Part shown: positions 55,698-64,000 of the stretch, piece after piece
Position numbering within the stretch: the first letter of the stretch is position 1
How the letters are laid out: each line of letters begins with the position of its first letter
Origin: Deferribacterales bacterium
GTDB lineage: Bacteria; Chrysiogenota; Deferribacteres; Deferribacterales; Geovibrionaceae
Direction: 5' to 3'
Assembly: GCA_050251875.1 (NCBI GenBank)
Contig: JBFWMA010000006.1
Location: forward strand, 64,001 to 128,000
DNA length: 64,000 nucleotides
Position numbers and translations under genes: made by a program
Notes under the pieces: model-generated
What the model saw: only the letters and a program-made list of their open reading frames with translations
Told to the model about the DNA's origin: nothing
Database searches by the model: none

Positions 55698-56876
55698 TTA
55701 TTGAATTTCTACGTAAACGCCGTTTTGTACCTGATAAACAGAGAATCCTGCACCGATAGCATCGCCTTTTTCGTCAAATTTGATTTTACCGATGGGTGTT
55801 TCAACATATTCTGTTCTCAGAGCGTTGGTTACAGCGTCATAATCTGTGGAGCCTGCTTTCTCGATAGCGTTTGTGATAGCGAGCATAGCTGTGTAGGCGT
55901 TCAGATAGAATGCGCCGGGGTCTTCGCCGTATGTTTCTTTATGAAGTTTTGTAGCTTCTATTGTCAGAGGATTTGTTGATGTGTCTTTGGGTCCTGTGGC
56001 ATATACGCCTTCAGCGAATGTGCCTGCCACTTTGATGAATGTATCGTCTTTAACGCCGTCATCAGAGATGAATTTTACAGGAACTTTTTTCTTAACGATC
56101 AGAGTGATGATCTTAGAAGCCTCGGGGTGATATCCGCCATAGATAACAGCCTCAGCGCCTGATTGTTTGATCTTCTGAACGATAGCGGAGTAGTCAACAG
56201 CTCCGGGTGTGATACCTTCGAAAAGAACAACCTGAAGTTTGCCGTCAGCTTCTGCGAACTGTTTGGCATATTCAGCGAGTCCTTTACCATAGTCGCCTTT
56301 ATCGTGAATTATAGCTACTTTGCTGACTTTCAGAACATCTGTAGCGAAGTCGATCTCAAGTCTTGCCTGAGCGTCATCGGGAGCGATTGTTCTGAAGAAG
56401 TTAGGATATTCGCCTGATTTTGTAAGATCGGGGCTGGTAGCAGAAGGAGACATAACGGGTATTTTAGCTGCGAGATATGTACCCATAGCGGCTTTTGTAG
56501 CGCCGCTGCATATATGTCCGAGAACAGCTACTACGCCTTCGGAAACAAGTTTGTTAGCTGAGCTTACAGCTACTTCGGGTTTGCAAACGTCATCAGCGGG
56601 AACGAGTTCCACTTTTTTACCGAGGAGACCGCCTTTTTCGTTAACTTGTTTAACAACAAGCTCAGCGGCTTTCAGTGAGGGGATACCATAGGAAGCGAGG
56701 TCGCCTGAGTGAGCGCCTGCCACGCCGATTTTAATAACTCCGCCTTCAGCAGCAGCGGGCTGCTCTGTGGCTGCGGGAGTTTCGCCTTCAGCCTTGGCCT
56801 CATCTTTCGGTTTCTGGCTGCATCCGGCAAAAACAAACATTGCCGCCATAACGGCAAACAGAAGCAATTTCTTCAT
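55698..56876 (-). CDS. Branched-chain amino acid-binding lipoprotein (LivJ/LivK-like)
   Basis: Lipobox FAGC; DD.C.P, GHICSG, YG.GLA and FDEKGD motifs. Confidence 0.92.
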   Translation of the reverse strand: MKKLLLFAVMAAMFVFAGCSQKPKDEAKAEGETPAATEQPAAAEGGVIKIGVAGAHSGDLASYGIPSLKAAELVVKQVNEKGGLLGKKVELVPADDVCKPEVAVSSANKLVSEGVVAVLGHICSGATKAAMGTYLAAKIPVMSPSATSPDLTKSGEYPNFFRTIAPDDAQARLEIDFATDVLKVSKVAIIHDKGDYGKGLAEYAKQFAEADGKLQVVLFEGITPGAVDYSAIVQKIKQSGAEAVIYGGYHPEASKIITLIVKKKVPVKFISDDGVKDDTFIKVAGTFAEGVYATGPKDTSTNPLTIEATKLHKETYGEDPGAFYLNAYTAMLAITNAIEKAGSTDYDAVTNALRTEYVETPIGKIKFDEKGDAIGAGFSVYQVQNGVYVEIQ

Positions 56877-56914
56877 AAGTTTCCTCCTAAAGAATTCTTT
56901 AAGCGTAAATGAAA

Positions 56915-56943
56915 ATGATAGTTAATCTTCTTCCGACAGTCAA
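56915..56943 (-). promoter_or_regulatory. Putative sigma-70 promoter of the liv operon
   Basis: TTGACT-N17-TATCAT. Confidence 0.6.
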
Positions 56944-57001
56944 GAGCTATTATAGACATGATTAAACTATTGATAACACACGCAATAAAAATTAATTTTC
57001 A

Positions 57002-58165
57002 TTAAACATTTTTAAGCAGAACTGCACTCTCAACATGGTAAGAGCCGGGAAACATATCTATTATACACAGTTTATCAATCATATAGACATCCTTCATTCT
57101 GCTGATGTCACGAGCCAGCGTGTCCGGAGCGCATGATATATATATAATCCTTTTGGCGCCTGACTTTCTGATATAATCGGCGGTCTTTTTATCCAGCCCG
57201 GTTCTGGGAGGATCCACCAGAATAGTGTCGAAAGAGCCACGCAGTGTTCCCACCAGACTTTCGCTGGGAGATGAATGCCATCTGACGTTTTTCATCCCCG
57301 CTTTTCTGCCCAGAGAAACCGACTGAGCGGATATCTCCGCCGCCGTCACCTCTTGCGCTCTCTTCGCCAGAGGCAGAGTCAGAAAACCTGTTCCGCAGTA
57401 AAGCTCCAGAGCAGTGTTGCCCATGCTGTTCTCATATACAAAATCCTGAAGTTTTTCAGACAGATATCTGTTTCCCTGAAGAAAAGTGTCGAATCCGGCA
57501 TAAAACACGCCGTATTTTGTTTCGAAAGCTATGGTTCTCTCACCCATAACATTTCCGGACGCCTTCAGCCCGGTGAACCCGAAAAGGTCTGCCACTCCGG
57601 CGTCTGTTCTGCCCAGCGCCTCGCCATTCTCGTTCTCGGTGACATAGAGCACATAATCTCCGCCGTCTGTCGCCGCCGCCAGCGCCTTTGCCTTCTCCAC
57701 CATAGTTGATTTAATCACGGGGCAGGCATCCACAGGGATGAAATCGTTCGACTTGAATTTATAAAAGCCTATCTGTCTGTCCCTGATACGGAAAGTCGCT
57801 CTGTTGCGGAATCCTGTGATTTCCGCCGTAAATATTTCCGGTTCCGGCAGTTCCAGCTTCGCTCTGGTCAGCTGCGTGAGTACGAAGTTCTTTTTGATAT
57901 CCACCTGAGCGTCATATGATATATGCCCGAAGACGCACCCGCCGCAAGAGCCGATGTGCGGGCAGTATATTTCACCCCGAAGCTCCGAGGGCTTCACAAG
58001 AGTTTTCATCTCTCCATAGCAGAAATTCTTTTTATCATCAGTCACGTCACAGCGGACAGTATCGCCCTTCACCGTGTGGGGAAGAAAAATAACACGCCCG
58101 TCAGGCATAGTTCCGACACCGTATCCGCCGTATGCTGTATCCTTTATATAAGTTTCAAAAATCAT
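57002..58165 (-). CDS. RlmD/TrmA-family RNA m5U methyltransferase with a TRAM domain
   Basis: CPHIGSCGGC, FLQGN, LYCGTG, VDPPRTG, YISC.P.TLARD and DMFP..YHVE motifs. Confidence 0.92.
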   Translation of the reverse strand: MIFETYIKDTAYGGYGVGTMPDGRVIFLPHTVKGDTVRCDVTDDKKNFCYGEMKTLVKPSELRGEIYCPHIGSCGGCVFGHISYDAQVDIKKNFVLTQLTRAKLELPEPEIFTAEITGFRNRATFRIRDRQIGFYKFKSNDFIPVDACPVIKSTMVEKAKALAAATDGGDYVLYVTENENGEALGRTDAGVADLFGFTGLKASGNVMGERTIAFETKYGVFYAGFDTFLQGNRYLSEKLQDFVYENSMGNTALELYCGTGFLTLPLAKRAQEVTAAEISAQSVSLGRKAGMKNVRWHSSPSESLVGTLRGSFDTILVDPPRTGLDKKTADYIRKSGAKRIIYISCAPDTLARDISRMKDVYMIDKLCIIDMFPGSYHVESAVLLKNV

Positions 58166-58874
58166 TCCAGAGTCCCCCGATTATTTTTTTGTGTGTTTCG
58201 CTGTCTTCTCCGTTTATCTTCTGATACAAAGGCGCCTCAAACGACAGCTCGCGTTTTCCGCCTTTTCTGAATTCCATCAATATTATCTTCGGTTTCATGT
58301 TAATATCCGGACACACCGGAACCAGTCTCTTCGCCTCGAACCCATGCTTAAAGGCGGATTCGAACAGAACAGGCATCATGTCAGCGTCATAGCTCATAAA
58401 GAGCGGACTGCCGAATTTCAGAAAGCTCCGGCAGAAGGCAAAAACATCGTCAGCCTTCATGGTGGTGGTAAATCTGGCGTTCAGCTCCGTGGGATTTTTG
58501 GAGAGATGCCCGGACGTTGGATCACGGTATGGCGGGTTGCAGACCGCCCCGTCATACTGAAAATCGGGTCTGTATTCCCTGATATCTTTTATCAATAAAG
58601 AAACAATGTTCTGGATATTAGAAAGCGATATAGTTTCAGTTAAACATTGAGCCATCTCTTCCTGCATCTCTATGGCGTCAATCCTGCCCGCTTTTCCCAT
58701 CTTCGCCAGTATGGCGGATATGACACCGCTGCCGCTGCCGATGTCTATGAGATGCTGGCTGGGTGAGGACTTTACAAACCAGGAGAGGTAAACGGCATCC
58801 GTGGAAAAACGAAAACCTCTAACAGGCTGGCAGATTTTAATATCTTCATTTATGATAGTATCAACGCTCGTCAT
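58155..58874 (-). CDS. tRNA1(Val) A37 N6-methyltransferase-like SAM methyltransferase
   Basis: Q...GFRFSTDA, DIGSGSG, CNPPY and KRL motifs. Confidence 0.8.
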   Translation of the reverse strand: MTSVDTIINEDIKICQPVRGFRFSTDAVYLSWFVKSSPSQHLIDIGSGSGVISAILAKMGKAGRIDAIEMQEEMAQCLTETISLSNIQNIVSLLIKDIREYRPDFQYDGAVCNPPYRDPTSGHLSKNPTELNARFTTTMKADDVFAFCRSFLKFGSPLFMSYDADMMPVLFESAFKHGFEAKRLVPVCPDINMKPKIILMEFRKGGKRELSFEAPLYQKINGEDSETHKKIIGGLWNDF

Positions 58875-58903
58875 ATTCAAACAATCACCGTTATATTTTG
58901 GTA

Positions 58904-58932
58904 TTGACATTATTTTATAGGAGTAACATAAT
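58904..58932 (+). promoter_or_regulatory. Putative sigma-70 promoter of the MCP gene
   Basis: TTGACA-N17-CATAAT. Confidence 0.6.
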
Positions 58933-58990
58933 TATTGTTGCTAATTAACTATTGTTATAACTATTTTTAATTTACGCAAGGATAACCTAA

Positions 58991-61261
58991 ATGGCAAATA
59001 ACCGGAATATGTCCGTAAGTTTTAAACTCACGGCAATAACACTGGCGGGGCTTGTCGCTCTCGCCCTTATAGTCACCATTGTTTCAGTCAGCAGCAGCAA
59101 ATCAAGTCTTCTGGAAAGCAACCTCATGAAGCTGGATTCCATTTCCCAGTCACAGTATCACGCTATTGAGATGTACGCAAAGAATATAACTTCTTCTCTC
59201 AATGTTATCGCCACACAGGAAGGCACGATGGTGGCTGTGGAGGATTTCACAGACGGGTTCGCTAAGATCGGCGACTATATCAAAACACCTGAAGACGAGC
59301 TCGATTCGCTTCTGACCTCTATGTATGACAGCGAGTTCATAGGCAAAGTGAACTATCAGGTTCTTAATTCCCAGCCGAAGAAATCCACAGCGGAGTATCT
59401 GCCCTCCAGCTACACCGGAAAGCTGGTACAGCAGATCATGATTCAGGAAAACCCTGACAAAAGCAACAAGATGAAGATGGAGAGAGCATCTCACATCTGC
59501 TCTTACTGCACCACACACTCACAGTATCACCACCAGTTCAGAAGTATTCTGAACGAACTCGACCTCTTCGATATTTTCCTGATAGACATGGACGGAAACG
59601 TTGTTTACACGGTTTCCAAAGATATAGATCTCGGATCAAACCTCACAGAAGGCTACATGAAAGAAACCGGGCTCGGCAGACTCTTTGCCAAGATGAGCAA
59701 AAACCAGTCCGCTGATGTTATGTTCGAGGATTTCGCTCCCTATACCCCCAGCCTTAACAAACCCAGCGCCTTCGCCGGAACTCAGGTAGCGGTGGACGGC
59801 GACAGAATCGGATATCTGGTATTTCAGATCAATTCCGATGTGATGAACAGCATCATGAACTTTAACGACAAATATAAAGAAGCGGGTCTCGGCGAGACAG
59901 GACAGGCTTATCTGGTGGGTTCAGACAGCTATATGCGCTCCAAAAACAGGTTTGCCGAAACCATCACAGACGAGAACGTGAAAGCCGCCGGCACAACAAT
60001 AGCCACCATGAAAGTAACCACTCCTCAGGTGGAAAAAGCCCTTGCCGGAGAGACAGGATCGATGGAATCAGTATCATATGACGGCACCCCTGTTCTGGTT
60101 TCATATACCTCCGTTCCTTTCTTCTCATCCAACTACGGAATCATAATGGAAATGTCCAGAAATGAGGCTCTGGCTAAGGCATACAGCCTTAGAAACATGA
60201 TAATAATCACATCTCTTCTGGTGACTGTGATCGCCACTGCGGCGGTTCTTTTCTTCATCAAGCTGATAGTGATAAGCAAGATTAAACATCTCACAGTAAT
60301 CACAAAAGACATAGCCACAGGAGACGGCGACCTGACACAGAGAATACCCGTTTCCACTCACGATGAGATCGGCGAGCTGTCCGGCTATTTCAATAAATTT
60401 ATAGAGAACGTGGGCAACATCGTCCGTGACGTACAGCATTCAGCCGACTCAGTGGCGAGAGGTACAAGCAACCTCGCCTCCACCACAGAAGAGCTGAACA
60501 TGACATTCAACGAGCAGGCGCACAACATCTCCGGAGTCGCCAGCGCCATGGAAGAGCTGAACGCCACCACAATGGAGATAATGGACAACTGCCAGTCAGC
60601 CATGAGCAAGGCTCAGGCGGCGGCGGGCGTCACAGCCACAGGTAAAGATAAAATCATGCAGAGCGTTCAGAAGATCGGGGATATCAAGCAGAGAACAGCT
60701 GAGCTGGGCTTAACCATCAGCAACCTGTCTGAATCATCCGACAAGATCGCAGACATTATAAACGTTATTAACGATATAGCAGATCAGACCAACCTTCTGG
60801 CGCTTAACGCCGCTATTGAGGCGGCAAGAGCCGGAGAAGCCGGAAGAGGCTTTGCCGTGGTGGCTGACGAGGTAAGAAAACTGGCTGAGAGAACAACCAG
60901 CGCCACAGGTGAGATTTACTCTATTATCAACGAGTTTCAGTCTGAAACAAAATCCGCCACATCTAACATGCAGAGCGCAGAACAGTCTGTTAACGCCGGT
61001 GTGGATATCATGCAGCAGACAAGCTCGGTTTTCGACACCATCGTTTCCTCAGTTACAGAGATAGAAGACGCAAACACCGCCATCAACCACTCTATCACAG
61101 AGCAGATGGCGACCATAGATTCCGTCAACGGCGATATCCAGACTCTGGCTTCCAGCGTTGAGGAGAGCACAACAGCTCTGGCAGAGGTTACCAACACTCT
61201 GTCTTCTCAGGAACAGGACGCAACCGGACTGCAATCCATGGTAAACAAGTTTAAGGTATAA
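58991..61261 (+). CDS. Methyl-accepting chemotaxis protein with a large periplasmic Cache-like sensor and HAMP domain
   Basis: Two TMs, HAMP ([16 protein letters not shown]) and [38 protein letters not shown]. Confidence 0.96.
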   Translation: MANNRNMSVSFKLTAITLAGLVALALIVTIVSVSSSKSSLLESNLMKLDSISQSQYHAIEMYAKNITSSLNVIATQEGTMVAVEDFTDGFAKIGDYIKTPEDELDSLLTSMYDSEFIGKVNYQVLNSQPKKSTAEYLPSSYTGKLVQQIMIQENPDKSNKMKMERASHICSYCTTHSQYHHQFRSILNELDLFDIFLIDMDGNVVYTVSKDIDLGSNLTEGYMKETGLGRLFAKMSKNQSADVMFEDFAPYTPSLNKPSAFAGTQVAVDGDRIGYLVFQINSDVMNSIMNFNDKYKEAGLGETGQAYLVGSDSYMRSKNRFAETITDENVKAAGTTIATMKVTTPQVEKALAGETGSMESVSYDGTPVLVSYTSVPFFSSNYGIIMEMSRNEALAKAYSLRNMIIITSLLVTVIATAAVLFFIKLIVISKIKHLTVITKDIATGDGDLTQRIPVSTHDEIGELSGYFNKFIENVGNIVRDVQHSADSVARGTSNLASTTEELNMTFNEQAHNISGVASAMEELNATTMEIMDNCQSAMSKAQAAAGVTATGKDKIMQSVQKIGDIKQRTAELGLTISNLSESSDKIADIINVINDIADQTNLLALNAAIEAARAGEAGRGFAVVADEVRKLAERTTSATGEIYSIINEFQSETKSATSNMQSAEQSVNAGVDIMQQTSSVFDTIVSSVTEIEDANTAINHSITEQMATIDSVNGDIQTLASSVEESTTALAEVTNTLSSQEQDATGLQSMVNKFKV

Positions 61262-61284
61262 AAAATTACTTCAGATGAAATCAT

Positions 61285-61312
61285 AAAGCCCGCTGATATG
61301 CGGGCTTTTTTT
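61285..61312 (+). terminator. Rho-independent terminator between the convergent MCP and LysE genes
   Basis: AAAGCCCGC-TGATAT-GCGGGCTTTTTTT. Confidence 0.8.
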
Positions 61313-61916
61313 ATGCTTTTTTAAGAATGAGGAAGCTGCCGACACCTATCAAGGCGGCGCCAGCAAGTTTATTAAGTGCCTTGCCCGAGCGTTTTGTTAT
61401 CATCTTTCCTGTCTTATGCGCCACAATGGCGTATGTTCCCATGATTACAGAGATAACCATAGACACAAGACCTGCCACTATGAATATATCCGCTGTAGTC
61501 AGCTTAGACAGATCCATGAAGTTAGGCAGAAAACCGCAGTACATGATAATGACCTTCGGGTTGGATATCGTGATGAAGAAACCTGTAATAAAACTGTTTT
61601 TCCTCTTAGCCGTCTCTGCGGAGGAACTCTCCTTCTTCGACATCAGAATCTTAAACCCGAGATACAGAAGATATATCCCGCCTGCCACCCTTACAATGTA
61701 GAAAAACTGACCCAGAACGCTCGCCATCACAGCCAGACCGAACACGGCGAACAGCAGATATACCATGTCTCCGCATATCATCCCCAGAATGTAGTAAGCA
61801 GCGCTCTTCAGCCCGTTTTTCATGCTCTGTGCCACACAGCCCAGCATGCCGGGACCGGGGCTTGCCACGAACAGCGAAAGCGCCAGAACAAAAGCGATGG
61901 ATGAGTGAATAGTCAT
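61311..61916 (-). CDS. LysE/RhtB family amino acid exporter
   Basis: SPGPG, G..YLLYLG and SNPK motifs. Confidence 0.9.
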   Translation of the reverse strand: MTIHSSIAFVLALSLFVASPGPGMLGCVAQSMKNGLKSAAYYILGMICGDMVYLLFAVFGLAVMASVLGQFFYIVRVAGGIYLLYLGFKILMSKKESSSAETAKRKNSFITGFFITISNPKVIIMYCGFLPNFMDLSKLTTADIFIVAGLVSMVISVIMGTYAIVAHKTGKMITKRSGKALNKLAGAALIGVGSFLILKKA

Positions 61917-61933
61917 TTCTTGCCCCTTAAAGC

Positions 61934-61960
61934 AAAAAGGCAGACCCGAGGGTCTGCCTT
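61934..61960 (-). terminator. Terminator of the atp operon
   Basis: Minus strand AAGGCAGACC-CTC-GGGTCTGCCTTTTT. Confidence 0.8.
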
Positions 61961-61981
61961 ATAAGTTGTTTGTGAAAGAAG

Positions 61982-62406
61982 TTACTTGGCTCCTCTGTAC
62001 TTCTCAGCGATCTGCACTCGGATAAGCTCTTTCATAAGCTCGATCTCTACAGCTTTGAAATTTTTCTCATCGCTTTTGCGTTCCTGTTCCAGAGCCGCTT
62101 CAGCTTTAAGTTTTCTTTCAATAGCCTTATCGAGGTCGATCTCACGGCCAAGTTCGGCATCGTCAGCAAGAACGATAACCTTGTTGTCGTTAACTTCAAG
62201 GAAACCGCCGCCAACTATAGCGACATAGTCCAGCTTGCCTTTAACTCTGTATGCAAGCTCTCCTACTCTCAAAGCCGTAAGGAGAGGTGCGTGTTCGGGC
62301 AGAACGCCAAGATCGCCCTCAACGCCGGGTGCTATCACTTCGTCTACATCTTCGGAGAGAATTTGTCTCACCGGAGTAACAAGTTCAAGCCTGATTGTCT
62401 CTGCCA

Positions 62407-62407
<1 letters not shown>
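61982..62407 (-). CDS. atpC: F1 ATP synthase epsilon subunit
   Basis: LELVTP, G.LGVLP.HAPL and GGFLEV motifs. Confidence 0.95.
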
Positions 62408-63828
<1,421 letters not shown>

Positions 63829-63845
63829 TTATTGTAATTTTTATA

Positions 63846-64000
63846 CTATCCGTTGAGTGCTTCAGCACCGTTCACAATGTCCAGAATCTCGTTGGTGATC
63901 GCTCCCTGACGTGCCTTGTTGAAGGTCAGAGTCAGTTTGTTGATAACCTCGCCGGCATTTCTGGCGGCGTTGTCCATAGCGACCATCCTTGAACCGTGTT
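63846..64000 (-). CDS. atpG: F1 ATP synthase gamma subunit, 3' end (partial)
   Basis: Manual translation gives [50 protein letters not shown]. Confidence 0.95.
   Translation of the reverse strand, partial: HGSRMVAMDNAARNAGEVINKLTLTFNKARQGAITNEILDIVNGAEALNG

Overview
A 64 kb stretch of core chromosome from an anaerobic, motile Gram-negative bacterium. Gene content and order suggest the Deferribacterales (Seleniivibrio/Denitrovibrio/Geovibrio-like); this is inferred, not verified. In order: a long minus-strand housekeeping run (pyrF-pyrE, a PilZ flagellar brake, STAS, rlmN, bcp, xseB, ispA, dxs, tlyA, nadK, partial recN); a partial anaerobic cobalamin cluster (cbiDEFGHJ); rnfCDGEAB; the zapB-zapA-6S RNA-rarA-5-FTHF ligase-rny-ymdB-nadA locus; a TPR protein and dGTPase; a cobalamin-riboswitch-controlled class III ribonucleotide reductase operon; a FadR-associated periplasmic reductase module (tetraheme cytochrome c, flavoprotein, porin, MFS); a permease-less SBP-fold/GTPase/ABC-ATPase trio; a TetR-YbhGFSR-type efflux operon running into queC; lysA; a cyclophilin; a liv ABC importer; two RNA methyltransferases; an MCP; LysE; and atpC-atpD-partial atpG. 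No transposase, prophage or CRISPR was seen, but two families of REP-like palindromes are present. The top finding is that nrdD is split: its glycyl-radical loop (YSRVVGY) is on a separate 55-aa gene (30700-30867) missing from the ORF track, with its own RBS and with coiled-coil-like helices on both halves that could dock them together.
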